Shown here in pieces: positions 11,384-24,066 of a stretch of DNA of 64,000 bases. Every line of letters begins with the position of its first letter. Positions within the stretch are counted from its first letter, which is position 1. The position numbers were made by a program, and so were the translations under genes. Under the pieces are notes generated by a model that worked only from the letters and a program-made list of their open reading frames with translations, did no database searches and was not told the DNA's origin. The stretch is from an uncultured Nitrososphaeraceae archaeon (GTDB lineage Archaea > Thermoproteota > Nitrososphaeria > Nitrososphaerales > Nitrososphaeraceae), in NCBI GenBank assembly GCA_963765895.1, contig CAVXZB010000012.1, positions 1 through 64,000 of the forward strand, given 5' to 3'.

Positions 11384-12632
11384 TTAAACAATACTAAAAT
11401 ATATGAAAAAATAGTGTAGTAAATTATCTTCCATTTGCACTCTAAAAGTACCAAAAGTTGCTAGTGCAGTCCTAAAGAAATTAACCAATTCGCTGCCCTC
11501 TATTGTTATCCTTTTTTTGTCTCCTACTTTTTCCTCTTTAATTGCTCGATAAGCCCAATGGCTCTCCTTTATTTCCTTTATCTTGCCTAGATTAATACAA
11601 CCTTCTTCCTTAATCCACGGAGACGGCTGGGGTTCGTTTTGTTCCGCTTTTTCTCCTATTTCCTTGTTGTTTCCTAAACTTTGATTTTGTGATTCAGTAA
11701 ATGATTCTCTAAATGCAGGATGATTTAATGAAGATGTTTGTTTTTGTGGTGGCGGTGTAGAGTTTAATTCTTCGATATTCAGATGAATGGGCTTTTGGCC
11801 AAATAAGATAAGGCTGGATGCCACTAATGTAAGAAAATCACTCAATCCCTCATACGTTTTAATTTTCCTACCTGTAAGGTCTTGAGAATTGTACTTGCTG
11901 ATTTCTAGCACTTTTTTTGGGTCGCATTCGTGCCTAGGAAGTTTTTGTAATAATAGCGACTTCATACCCTCTTCTTTGTTGTTATGTACTAGGTCGATCC
12001 AATGAGAGCAACAATTGTAACATAGACGACCTCTAAGTCCAATGTTTCTACTATTTTCAGCAATATTTTTATGTATAAGATATATAGCATTTGATTCACT
12101 TGGTAATTGTGTACCAATAAACTGTTTTGATATATCTTCTATAGGAGTAGTAGATAGACCATAGCTCAATTGATTTGACCTAAAAATTTTTTTTATCTCA
12201 GCAGCCTGACGTAACATTTCAAGGATTTCATCGTCTATTATACCACCTTTTTTAATATGTGGAGAAAGGAATCCTCTTCTTGTTTCTTCGTTGTTAAAAT
12301 TATTTGCAGCGGTAGAAAAAGTATTGTTATTTTTTGGATAAGTTTGAGTAGGTTCGCTAGTATTATTGTCATTATTAAGGTAATTATTGTAATAATGGTG
12401 GCTCGCTATCTCGTTGTATACTGTTCGTCTTACGATTAAATTGTGTGGGATTGGCAATAGTACTGAAATTGGACCATCCTGAGCCTGTATTCATTTGAGT
12501 TCTGGTCTGATGTGTGTTTATGTTAACAGGTTCTCCTATTCCGATATGTTTTCTTCTGATGTGCCTTTCTACGCTCCAATGCCTTGTAGGCGACAATTCC
12601 ATGCAATTAGGGCAGACCCATTTTGTTTTCAA
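11384..12632 (-). CDS. Hypothetical protein with N-terminal C2H2-like Zn finger (one +1 frameshift at about 12403)
   Basis: WVCPNC...RHWSVERHIRRKH; internal CYNC...HEC; deleting one base in GCTCGC joins the two ORFs (RDSSHHYY). Confidence 0.7.
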
Positions 12633-12670
12633 AGACTACACCCAATTACTTTTATATCCTGAATTGCACC

Positions 12671-12692
12671 GGTGTTACACCGGTGTTACACC
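12671..12692. repeat. Tandem 11-bp palindromic repeat GGTGTTACACC x2
   Basis: Read directly; about 40 nt upstream of the Zn-finger gene. Confidence 0.7.
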
Positions 12693-12749
12693 AAAGCAAT
12701 GAATAACTTGATCTAGAGAGTAAAATATAAACTTATTGATGACTTATTT

Positions 12750-13485
12750 GGCCCTGTTAACTTAGCGATAAAGCTATAGCTGTAAACAGTATCTCATATT
12801 CAATGAGTTTATTTGAACGTGAGAGAACATCCGTAGAGACAATATCGCTTGCGTTATTATACTTATATCTTCTAGGCCTAAGTAAGTTTCAGAAACACAT
12901 CTAAGGCAATCCAACTACTTGGAAAAGAGAGAGGAGGAAGGAGTCATGTTGCTATATGGAAATAGGTTCAGAGATTCCAATCCCAGACGTCTATAGTGTT
13001 GTAAAAGAGTAGCAGCTTTTCTAATAGATGGAACCATGATGCAGATCAGTTCTGACTAGGCTTGGTTATGAGTTGCTGTTGTAGAACCAGTGCACAGACA
13101 AATTCTTGGAGTTTATGTACATCTCAAGACATAGGAATATGATTGTATCTGAAGCATCCTTGCGAACGTTGATCAAGATTTATGGCAAACCATACTGTAT
13201 ATTCAGATGGTGGAATATGGTATCCGGAATCATGTATATCATTGAGACTAGAGCATAGATTACATTCGCCATATGAGAAGAGTATAGTTGAAAGAACTGT
13301 AGAATATCTAAAGGGTAGAACCCAAGCATTTGATGATTATTATCCGTGTATGAGAGCTGGATTATGCAACCTTAGACATGTACACAAATGGCTCATTCTG
13401 TTCATATTATACACAATAGCGTTATGGAATTAGTACGAAATTTGACAAGCTAAGGGGGTGGAAATATCTCTAAGTTAACAGGGCC
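12750..13485 (+). mobile_element. Degenerate IS6-family insertion sequence
   Basis: Perfect 16-bp TIR GGCCCTGTTAACTTAG / CTAAGTTAACAGGGCC; flanks ACTTATTT vs ACTTCTTC (6/8); transposase remnants VYSDGGIWYPESC, EKSIVERTVEYLKGRTQAFDDYYPC. Confidence 0.9.
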
Positions 13486-13891
13486 ACTTCTTCATAGGAA
13501 GAGAATAAACAGCAAAATTTTGTGAATGCAATTAATTGCAAATATGCGCGATTTAATATTATAATTTCTATATACCGGTAATATGAGTGAAGGCCCATTA
13601 TATGCTAGACTATCTATCAACTAATTGTCACGCCTATATAATAAATAGGGATGAAGGGATTCCCTAGATAAATCTCTAAAATATATTTATTTTATTTTAA
13701 TTTTTCAGCTTGTAATAAAGAATAGGTCAAAGCAGTTGGAGATACAACAAGAAATGAGATGAATATGACAAGAACTGACTCCAACGATCAGATCACCTTC
13801 GATTCAAATCATTTAGGAATCTTGGTAATGTCCTGGATAATGTTTTCAAAGTCACAAAGAATAAAAATCATAAACAATAGGCATTTTCCTT

Positions 13892-15898
13892 TTATGTAAT
13901 ATTTAGCTGGATTGCTTTTAACAAAGATACAGCATTATTCTCTGCACCTATCATCAATGTATATTTTCCTGGTTTTAAATCTGCTGAAGGAGTAAAAATT
14001 AATCTGATTTTCTCTACATTCTTCTTGGAGGTATCAATTGTAAATGAGTTCTTGCTAAAATATGCTTGTGAATTCCCAAGATCTCCAGTTGGTGTGAAAG
14101 TTCCAGATACGATCATATGAATAAGATTATTATCAATTTCATTTTTAGGATAAAATGAAGACTGCGATCCTGTTGTTTTAATTTTAATATTGATCTTCTC
14201 ACTTTCTCCTCTTTTAACGGTTAACTCTTTCATATCTGACTTTGAAGAAGAAACTCCTACAGAAAATGGCAGATGTCTATCAGAAACATCTATTTTACCA
14301 ATCTTATTTTCTGACCACTCTGTAAACCAGACCTGCATAGCTTTTTCATTATTATTATTGTTGCCGTTGCTATTACTATAACTATTGTCCGTAGAAAACT
14401 GCAAAACATTAGCAATGCCGCATGTTCGTCGAGTATTATTGTTACTATTAATGGCGCTAGAACTTACTGTATTATCAAACGAAGAACATATGCCCCATAA
14501 TATGTTTTGTGATGGAATCCAATACTCTACTAGCGTTCCATGCGAAGGATCAAATCTGGCAATCTTGTTTCCTTCCCATTCGTTAAACCACAAAGACCTA
14601 CCAGACTTTTTAATCCAGTAAGGAAGAGTATAAGCATATTTAGAGATATTAGCAATATTATCACTATTATCTTTTGAACTGGATATACCATTAATGCCAC
14701 TAAAGATCCTAGAAGAGGCACGTGAAGTAGCAAATTTTACAATGCTAATATTATTGTTATCATCGTTAAGTCCATGTGATTTGAATCTATAAAATATGCT
14801 TGTGCCTGCATTTGTAACCCATAGATCTCCAGAATCTGGGTCTACAGTCATTCCTAACGGTGAGCTTATTTCTTTAGGTAACTCGAACTTGTTGAAAGTT
14901 CTCGTATCTAAATTATACCTTATTAAGTAACCTTTCTTAGAATATGCCATTACAGAGATCCAAATGTCATGCCTTTTACTATCATATGCAAGCGAGCCAA
15001 CTGTAATATAAATAGGATCGATTCCTTTAAAATTATTCGCAACAGGAAGAGCAATTTGAGAAATTCCTTCTGACGTTCCATTCTTCAGTTTAGCAATGTT
15101 GGCATACCAAAGTGACTCTGAATATGTGCCTACAAAGAAGATAATATTGTTGTTATTATTACCAATATCATCAGAAGTAAATTCCATAGAAATTGGGTAT
15201 GTTGTACCGAAATACTGTGAGCTACCAGGGATCTTGTATATTTCGAATTTTTGTGATGACTTAATAAATCGCCAAATTGCATTTCCTTTCTCGTCTGTAA
15301 ACCAAACATCTCCAGTTTTTCCATTAACTTTCATGTCCCATATTTGAGAAAAGCTATGAGAATCTTCACGCGGGCTCCATTCTGGGATGATGTGCTCTTG
15401 ATCGAATCTCTTTTCTTTAATATTATAGCTCCCTAACACACCGTTTTTAGTCGATGCATACCAGACCTTTTTTGCACCATAATCGAAAGCAATTCCTAGA
15501 GGCATTTCACAAGCCTGCGGAAGAACATGTTCAGTTACATAAATATTATAATTAGCTTCTGCATTAAGACCGCAAAATTCATGTTGAAATTTTCTGAAAG
15601 AGTCATTATCGTAGTTATTACCAATAAGGGTATTCCATTTTTTGAAGTCTACTTGATTTGTAATGGACTGGTTCTTATTATCCTTCTTCATTTGCAAGGT
15701 TTCTTCCGTGTCTAAAATTTTTATATTTTGTTGATTCGATAATGGATTAATGGTACTATTGTTAGATTTTATATTGTGAGTAATAATTTCTGGAATGGCC
15801 ATCAAATTTTTTTGTTCACAAAGATAAACAATTGAAATAATTAGACACACTCCTATCAGAGTTAGAATAGTTAGAATAGTTTTTGACACAACAGACAC
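13892..15898 (-). CDS. Membrane-anchored virginiamycin B lyase (Vgb)-like beta-propeller protein
   Basis: N-terminal TM; repeated PLG...VWF/LWF/IWI blades (WFTDEKGNAI, WFNEWEGNKIARFD, WFTEWSENKIG); Ig-like C-terminus; Asn-rich inserts. Confidence 0.8.
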   Translation of the reverse strand: MSVVSKTILTILTLIGVCLIISIVYLCEQKNLMAIPEIITHNIKSNNSTINPLSNQQNIKILDTEETLQMKKDNKNQSITNQVDFKKWNTLIGNNYDNDSFRKFQHEFCGLNAEANYNIYVTEHVLPQACEMPLGIAFDYGAKKVWYASTKNGVLGSYNIKEKRFDQEHIIPEWSPREDSHSFSQIWDMKVNGKTGDVWFTDEKGNAIWRFIKSSQKFEIYKIPGSSQYFGTTYPISMEFTSDDIGNNNNNIIFFVGTYSESLWYANIAKLKNGTSEGISQIALPVANNFKGIDPIYITVGSLAYDSKRHDIWISVMAYSKKGYLIRYNLDTRTFNKFELPKEISSPLGMTVDPDSGDLWVTNAGTSIFYRFKSHGLNDDNNNISIVKFATSRASSRIFSGINGISSSKDNSDNIANISKYAYTLPYWIKKSGRSLWFNEWEGNKIARFDPSHGTLVEYWIPSQNILWGICSSFDNTVSSSAINSNNNTRRTCGIANVLQFSTDNSYSNSNGNNNNNEKAMQVWFTEWSENKIGKIDVSDRHLPFSVGVSSSKSDMKELTVKRGESEKINIKIKTTGSQSSFYPKNEIDNNLIHMIVSGTFTPTGDLGNSQAYFSKNSFTIDTSKKNVEKIRLIFTPSADLKPGKYTLMIGAENNAVSLLKAIQLNIT

Positions 15899-16720
15899 AA
15901 AAGTGGATTCATACTAATTAAATCTTATTTGTCATTGTGATGACAAAAATAATGCTCTTAATTACGAGTCAACATTTGGAATGGATGCGCAGATATTATG
16001 AATATATAGTATTAGATATTAAAAAAATAGACTATATAATGTTAATTCATTGTTCAGTGAATATCTAAATTAGGAAAAGATTGTTCGATTTTTACATGGC
16101 TCAATTTATTGTCGAAATTATGAGTAATCAGATAGGAAGCAATAAAATAAATGGAAAAATATTTATCCTCATATCTGGGCTTGTTTGTATGCAAAAATAG
16201 TCAGAAAATAGGTGGATTATTTTTTTGTATGTTTAGTTTGTCATTGTTGTCATTTGATACCCACCTTGAGGTCGTAACAACTTCCTAAAAATAGTCAAAA
16301 GAACTGGAGTATGGATAAATGGTCTTAAATTCCCACCAGTAGGAGCAAACTTTCCTAGTGACAGTAAAGCGATACTATCAAAATGATACTATATCTAGAG
16401 GTGCTATTGCTGGAAATAAGGATTTGACAGTTATCACATGCTTCTTTCGCAGTGTGTTAGTAGATATGAATAGATGACTGTCCTATTAAACCCCTTGTTA
16501 TACTAAAGGATTGACTGGATTATCCGCTTGTCTATAAATTTATGCATGGAATGCTTCCACGATTGGATCCTCATTGACACTAGACTATTACTCATGTTAT
16601 TTTTTACTCACATATGACAATCAAGTATTGGAATTCCAAACTAATCACGTTCATGCTCGCAACCAACGCAAATACAGTAGCGCTTCATAGTTTCCAGATC
16701 ATTTGTTTACATGACAACCG

Positions 16721-17528
16721 CTATTGAGAATCTCGCGTGTACTCATCGCGCCGCCGCAACCACGACTTGGTCTCATTGCGCCCCTTCGGTGCCCGGTCGA
16801 GCCACTGGTACATCCCCCAGAGCACGTCGAGGCCTCGCGCATAGGCTGAGTAAGTGTGGTAGACGACGCCGTCAGAGAGCGCGAACGCGCTCATGCCCGG
16901 TGCCTCGCGGGTGTAAGTAGGGACATCGGTACCGGTCATGGCAGCGAACACTTTTGGCGTCAGCGCCAAATCATCTTGACGTCGGTCTTGACGGCCCTCT
17001 GAATCGGCCTCCGAACCTGAGGCTATGCCGCCCTTGTGATAGTTATAGTACAGGTTGCCGGAGCGCTGCTGCTCCTCTGTGAACGACGTGTTGAAGTCAT
17101 AGTTAAAGTCGCTGTCCAGTGACGACGCCCACATGAATGTCCAGCCCATGCGGCGCTTGTAGGCCTGAAGCGAGGCGATCGGGGCGCGTGAGACTGCGAT
17201 CATCGTGACGTCGTGGTGCTCAAGGTGCATGGCAAAGCCATTGAAGCCGTCAGCGATCGCAGAGCATGCCGGGCAGCTCGCCAGTGTACTCAGGGCCAAA
17301 CATGAAGTGATATACAAGGAGCTGCGAGCGTCCTCTGAATAGATCGGCAAGGGATGCCATGCCCTCGTCGGTCTCGAAACTGTACTCCTTATTGATTCGA
17401 ACCCACGGTAGGTTCTGCCGCCACTGCGCCAGTTCGTCGTTATGCCGCGTCAGCGCCTTCTCGGCCTTGAGCAGCTCCAGCCTGGCCGCAAGCCACTCTT
17501 CACGCGTTCCGATCTTGTGGTCAGTCAT
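16721..17528 (-). CDS. DUF899 thioredoxin-like protein, GC-rich (one +1 frameshift at about 17279)
   Basis: MTDHKIGTREEWLAAR, LFRGRSQLLVYHFMFGP, CPACS, VSRAP, YHTYSAYARG, LDRAPKGRNE; AGGAG RBS upstream. Confidence 0.9.
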
Positions 17529-17730
17529 TGTTTCTCTCCTTCTTGCTGCCAAAAAAGCCCTTCTTTTCTGCAATTACCACGAGGCGCTGCGAGATGAGGC
17601 CGTTTACCACCATCTCCATGAGGGTCTTGTCAAGCCTCGTGACCTTGGCTATCTTGCCTACCGACTTCATCCCCCTTGGAATTACGTCAAGCATCATTAA
17701 GTGGTTCGAGCTATCGTTCACACATGGCAT
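17521..17730 (-). pseudogene. Truncated winged-HTH-like gene of a thaumarchaeal family
   Basis: HLMMLDVIPRGMKSVGKIAKVTRL...EKKGFFGSKK ends abruptly at the DUF899 RBS. Confidence 0.55.
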
Positions 17731-17974
17731 GACATTATTTTAATAAACACAGCATTTAAGTTATTTGCTGGACTGAGTCCTGTGATAATGCAACGTCCTG
17801 TAGAGAACTATCATGGTCGCGGCGTTCAATATCTTGCCTGAGGATCAGCTTTTTAACCTTTTTTGCGCGCACAAACTCCAGTCCGATATCTAGACGATAT
17901 TCGTAAGATTGTGCTATTTCCATTTCCTCCTTGGTATCTCCAAGAGCAAGTACATTAGGATGTTCTAAGCAATT

Positions 17975-18110
17975 CCTGTGCTATTTCAGTTTCAGTCATT
18001 GACTATACTAACAGAGTTGCAACTTTCTTCGCCTATCTTCAATTTGTATTATGCATTACCAAGGTTACTATATGCGATCTACTCTTTTGTGAAGGTTATG
18101 TTTACATATT
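17975..18110 (-). repeat. Decayed copy of the HTH gene 5' region found at about 39115-39250
   Basis: TGCTATTTCAGTTTCAGTCATTGACT...TATCTTCAATTT...TTACCAAG aligns by eye to 39121-39250. Confidence 0.7.
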
Positions 18111-18179
18111 TGATGGATTGACATGAAAAAGATCCCTTTAAAGAAAAAGATAATTCATTAATTAATTCATCTAGAACAT

Positions 18180-18510
18180 ATGAAATGCTCATCTCTAAAA
18201 CAGCCATATGCAGATCTTTTGGCATCAGGAAAAGAGACCATAGAATTGAGAAATTGGAACACCAAATTTAGAGGAAAATTCTTGATACATGCTTCAAAAA
18301 TATCGATAAGGGAAGATCGGAATCCTTAGGTATCGATTACAAGAAACTTGTGCAAGAAGCGATAATAGGAAGTGCAATTCTGTATGATGTCAAACAATAT
18401 AAAAGAAAACTGAACTTGAAAAAGATAGAAATAAGCATTATGCAGATATAAAAAATTTGGTTCCTGCAAATATGGATTTATGATAAAGAATTCCCATAGA
18501 CTTCGAAGTT
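18180..18510 (+). pseudogene. ASCH-domain protein, frameshifted
   Basis: MKCSSLKQPYADLLASGKETIELRNWNTKFRGKFLIHAS...AIIGSAILYDV. Confidence 0.8.
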
Positions 18511-18619
18511 GAGTATCCTGTTAGATCGTAGGTAAATCATCTATAATTTGGTCTATTCCTATTATCACGAAATTTACCAATCAATCTTTCTTTATTTTTG
18601 AGATTATAGGCATTAACTT

Positions 18620-19310
18620 GAAATATTAGATGAATAGCAAACTCTTTTCACCACCATTTGAACCTGTAGAAGCTATATAAACGGCTGATTTACCAGAGTA
18701 TTTCTATAAAGTGGATGACAACAAGTCTTCTAGACGTACTCTAATAGTCATGGTGGTTTTCGATTCAACTGTAGAAGCACTTTACTTTGCAGCTGCTTCT
18801 GCAGAGAGGTCATAATTGCTTAACATTTGAAGTACTTAGTCAGGATGGAGTAATATATAAGCAAAAGATTCCATTTAGATACGTTTGGGAAAGAGTAATC
18901 ACGCCAATTGTAGATTATGCATTAACCAGGGCAAACGATGTAGACCATAAAACGCAAAGCGTTAATTATTAGGCATGGAAGGATATTTAGCTGCCAGAGC
19001 TGTTGCTTTTGATCATCGTATAACCGCATGCATATTAAATGCTGATGTTTTTAATGGTTACTATGCTTCCATATCGGGCTTTCCTAAATCCTTACTAACT
19101 GCAATAGAGTGGTAATTCAAAAGTTGTTAATACACTGCTTTACAATTTGATGGAATCTGATCTAAATGTAAGGTTTAACAAGAGATATGGAAGGTGGACA
19201 GCTGGAGTTAATACACCGTTTAAACTCTACAAAAGTCCAAAATTACACTATAAATATTATACAAACATTAAATGTCCGACACTAGTCCTTGGAGCAGATA
19301 AAACGATCTA
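18620..19310 (+). pseudogene. Alpha/beta hydrolase remnant
   Basis: Fragments HGGFDSTVE, RGHNCLTFE, KQKIPFRYVWERVITPIVDY, GYLAARAVAFDHRI, IKCPTLVL across frames. Confidence 0.75.
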
Positions 19311-19838
19311 TCAGGATCGGATTCTGATACTACTAAATCGTCGCCGCCATCAGGGTTTGATCTTGCATCCTCATATACTGGAATCATCATCATACAATGT
19401 CACACAAAAGATCCGATCACGAATCATGCGATCCTACTTTAACAATATTTTCAACATTTTTGGATATTGTCTTCTCGCCTTAGAAGACTTTGCATACACA
19501 AATACACATAGTGGGTCTTCCTTTGTTACTACTATCTTTCGTTAGTGATAGCGAATTTAACTCATATTAATAAAGCGTGCAGCAATAAAGGAACAACTTT
19601 TTTTGGATTCATTATCGGCGATGGCGCTATGAATGTAGTAACAGAACAACTGGTGGGACACAAGATATTGTAAGATGTCTAACAGGAATATCGCGATATT
19701 ATGATCAGTGGGGCCCCCTCATTACAATTCAGTTGTGCCTTATAGCCTCAAAGTCCAAATCTTGAATGTGATGCTCATTTTGACAGTATCCTTATTACCT
19801 ACGCTCTCTCACATGAGATAGAAAGGTATGAAAGATCG

Positions 19839-20573
19839 ATGAATCTCCGTCAATTAGTTGGTCTTAATAGAAATTGGCATATTGGAACGAGACAAGAAAA
19901 AGACAAGATATTCGAAGAAGTTATAGGATATGATGATATAAAAAAGGTATTCAGGATGGCTCTAAAGTCAGACGAGCCAATCCATGTATTGTTGGTCGGT
20001 GCACCAGCTAGTGCGAAGACAATCTTCCTTGAAGCACTGATGCATAAGTTGGGTGATAAGCAAGCCTACTTTGCTATTGGAAGTAGTAGTACGAAAGCAG
20101 GAGTAGTCAATATGCTATTCATGAAAGAGCCAAAGTATCTGATGGTCGATGAAATCGACAAAATGTCCGCAAGTGACCAGGCAAGCCTGCTTGGCCTGAT
20201 GGAAACGGGTGAGATGGTAGAAACTAAGGTAAATAAAACTAGAAGCATTAAACTGAAGACATGGGTATTTGCCACCGCTAATACAACAACAAGATTATCG
20301 AAACCATTACTCACAAGATTCATGGTGTTTACTCTTAAACCGTATACATACGAAGATTTCGAAGAAGTAACCGTCCATGTTTTAGGAAGACGATACAACG
20401 TAAAGATGGACTTGGCTATTGTAATTGCCAGTGCAGTATGGCACAAAATGGGTACACCAAACATAAGGCAATGTTTAAAGATCGCAAAGATGACTAAGAA
20501 AAAGGAAGACGTTGAATGGCTTATCGATACTATGGGAAAGTATCAAGATAGTGGAGAGGATTGGAACGAGTAA
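19839..20573 (+). CDS. AAA+ ATPase (RuvB/MCM-like small AAA)
   Basis: Walker A VGAPASAKT, Walker B LMVDEIDKM, sensor I FATAN, Arg finger LLTRF. Confidence 0.85.
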   Translation: MNLRQLVGLNRNWHIGTRQEKDKIFEEVIGYDDIKKVFRMALKSDEPIHVLLVGAPASAKTIFLEALMHKLGDKQAYFAIGSSSTKAGVVNMLFMKEPKYLMVDEIDKMSASDQASLLGLMETGEMVETKVNKTRSIKLKTWVFATANTTTRLSKPLLTRFMVFTLKPYTYEDFEEVTVHVLGRRYNVKMDLAIVIASAVWHKMGTPNIRQCLKIAKMTKKKEDVEWLIDTMGKYQDSGEDWNE

Positions 20574-21984
20574 GGTTACAGTTAGAATCCAAAAAGAATT
20601 TTAATTGGATTCATATAGGGATCTTCAACGATGGTAACAAACTGGGAACACCAAAGATACCAAAGATAGATGAACTAAATATGGCATCAGATTAAACATA
20701 AGTCATTATCTTTGATCGGTAAAACTGGGCCTGATTATATTGAAGCCAAGAGTTGCCCTTGGAACGGTGAGTCTTCATTAATTGCAGATAGGACCAATGC
20801 TCTGACTGAAGTAAGATTGTCGGCCTCCATAATATGTTAAATGAACAAAGGGTTCGAAGTAGTGAAAGAAGAAAAATCTGATGTATTTACAAAGCGATAA
20901 AAAGTACCGTAAATTTTTTGGCATAGCCATAGCGTGTCGTGTTATATTAGGTCTAGGCAACCAAATCAAATGGCTTCCATCAATATCAGCAGTGGTTGAG
21001 ACTTTGTCTCACCATTGGATTACAGTAAGTTGACTATCTAACAATATTCGTTCAGTTTATTAATTATTCTTATAGTCGTGTAGATATCTCATTGGTGAGT
21101 GTAGATCCAAACACTGGTAGAAGACTGCAATCAGGTCTATCAATTCCAACCCTTCACCAGTTTCTATTAATTCACCAATTTTACTAGGTGTGTGACTAGA
21201 CTAATTTCTTTTATCAGGTTTATCATTGTGCATGAATCTTGTATTTATGACTCCTTAACTCCTTCTTGCTATCAAATAGGACATTACAACCATACATTTA
21301 GACTCAAAATCACCTGGATACGTGAATCGCTTTTCTCGATTTGGAGGGATCAAGGCATATTAACATGAAGTTTTAAGCGAACCCTGCCCATAAACAAGAT
21401 TAATAAATCTCAGCTATCTTTTGTCCTCTCTTTTCTTTACTACACCACGGGCGTATCGGAAAGATTCCAGCGACGCTATTGGCCTATCGAATTAGGAATC
21501 TCTAATATACCAGCCTGGTTTAGTTATTACACCTCAATGTTATCTGTAGAAGCCACAATTTAGCCTCAATTAAGAGAGATGATAATAACTAGAAGATCAT
21601 GACGCTTCTAAATAATCCTAATTTATACACAGTATTTGGCGCGCCTCATGAAAGATATGGCTTCTATTATTATTGTCCATATACTCAGTCTATAGATTTG
21701 ATCTCTCAATCCAGAAAACCTCTTTAATATGATATATTTCATAACGTTAATAGATGACACTCTTTTCCGATATGACTATAGCTGACTTCAAGAATCGGAT
21801 ATTATGCGACTTGATAGAATTTACCATGTGATAGAATTAAATACATGTTCACTTCGACTAATGTGCTACTATCCATAAATTTGAGTCAACAGTTTTGTTT
21901 GGGCAATCAATTCATTACAGGCCTTCCATGGTTAGAGCTCACAATTCTTATATACTATCCATAGTCAAGTTTATGAGATAAAAT

Positions 21985-22242
21985 ATGGCAGATTCAGTAG
22001 AAAACTGGGAATCACTAGTTCAAAAAACTGTCAGATCAAGTGATGGAAACTTAATAGGAAATGTTGATGCAGTGGATGAAAATTCTATATTGGTGTCCAC
22101 AGAAGGCGGAAGAACAAGATACAAGATACCAAAACATATTGTACAGGGTTTTGATGGTCATCAAGTATCACTTAATGTACAGAAAACAGAGCTTGAAAGA
22201 TTCAAGGGAGCCGAAGCTGAAGGCTTTAGAGAAGTAAAGTAA
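21985..22242 (+). CDS. PRC-barrel-like small protein
   Basis: KTVRSSDGNLIGNV...YKIPKHIVQGFDG; TATA-like TTATATA upstream. Confidence 0.7.
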   Translation: MADSVENWESLVQKTVRSSDGNLIGNVDAVDENSILVSTEGGRTRYKIPKHIVQGFDGHQVSLNVQKTELERFKGAEAEGFREVK

Positions 22243-22723
22243 AATAATGGTAAGAGCAGTAGCCTCTGCTTACTAGCTAATGGACTAATCATTATTTCTT
22301 TCATTATATACAATAATAGTATTTCATATGCTTCTTAACAGCTATTGGAGTTTGTAATAGTTTTTCTATCCATGAGATTGTAGTTGAATTTGTGGACTTC
22401 GCCTTTCTACTACCTACTAGCCTCTGCATTAACTTTTCATTAATGAGCCACCTCATAAAATCGCGCAACAGGTAGTTTATTGCACGTCTTTGACCATCCC
22501 ATAGTTGTACTATTTTAATTTCCTGTGCGCATTTTGAATTGATGGTCCCAGATCCCAGGAACTCTCGCGAGACATGAGTTTACTGTAGGATTATTTAATT
22601 ATAGTAAAGAGTATTGCATAATGTACCTTAATCATATTTACTCATTTCATATCATAGCAAGATTTTACAAATTACAAATAGGATCTACTACAATATATCA
22701 ATATCTCTAACTAAATAATTATT

Positions 22724-22945
22724 ATGGAAAAAGGAATAAACCATGAAAGGCTTAGGCTACTCATAATAGCTGTGGCGATTGTAGCAGTTAGTAGTATTGC
22801 TATCATCGAGACTGAGCCAAGAGTTAGTGCGCATACAGACCAACCATTAGTACTCGCGGCACGATCCTGTGTCATATACCAAACTTATCCTGCAACAATG
22901 GACTGTTCATTGGCAATAGGTAAAAGTACATTCAAAGTAGTATAA
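22724..22945 (+). CDS. Small secreted/membrane hypothetical protein
   Basis: N-terminal hydrophobic helix, two Cys. Confidence 0.45.
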   Translation: MEKGINHERLRLLIIAVAIVAVSSIAIIETEPRVSAHTDQPLVLAARSCVIYQTYPATMDCSLAIGKSTFKVV

Positions 22946-24066
22946 CAAATTTTACTTTTGTTGACGCAGAACGCTTCTGTCTGTCAATATCCAAAGGACT
23001 AGTGGTTATTTATTTTGCAGCGTAATTATGACGACAATCTTTATTCTAGTGCACGGCACCGAAAATGGTGCCTGATGCTGGCGTTTTATAGCTCCCCTTA
23101 TGAAAGCTGCAAGACAAGATATCTGCACACTTACACTAGCTGAATTAGGCGTAGAAATCTAAAGTCCTATATGATAACGACGAATCCTTGGAATGCAGCT
23201 AGATTCAAGATAGTTAGAATAACTGATGATATCTCAACTGCTGCCTAGTTTCCAGTGCGCGCCTCTTAAAAGACAATATACCTAGTTTCTATCAACATAC
23301 CGGAGCGTCATTCTATACGTATGATACCTCAATTTGGAACATGACATGGATACATACCGGCATGGGCACTACCTCTAGAGTCGTCAAAGCCATCAGTGCA
23401 GTCATTATCATTTTCTGGATTTACGTTATTATTATCATAACTACTAAACATTTCTGACTTTGCATTCGTCTTTCACAGTTCTTGGATATAGTCTTGATCT
23501 CATCATTATAAAATCTGTCTATCCTTCCTATTTTATTAGAATCATATGTCAATATGCTTACTTTATTAGTACGCATCTTAGTAGCTCCGAATTATCGCAC
23601 GGGAGCTTTGTAATCGTATTTTTATGACTTCCAGTCGGAGGATCTGATACTGATGGCTTACAAGGACCAAGAACCAGGACTAGGCTCATGATGCTAATGT
23701 CTAGATTTTTTCGGCGCAGAAAAAATATCGGATTACTATTTATGCAATATTTTTGTATTTTATTTCAGACGTTGAAGGCATTCAATTCTGCATCTACTCC
23801 ATACGTTTTTCTTGAAATTACAAATTGGTAAAACAATCAGAGCCTTATTGTTTTACGTGTTTCTGACTTTCTCATGCTAGATCCTGCTTACAGTCAAGAA
23901 AATGCAGCTTCAACTACTAGTACTACTATAGATTCAGGTCCATCGCAACAGGAAACTAATATAACAGACTATAAAACATAATCATCTAGGCATCTTGTTT
24001 TGTTTTTTCTTGACCTATGCAATATTTAATTAAAAGCTTGCTGTATACCACGATGATGATCTCTCA

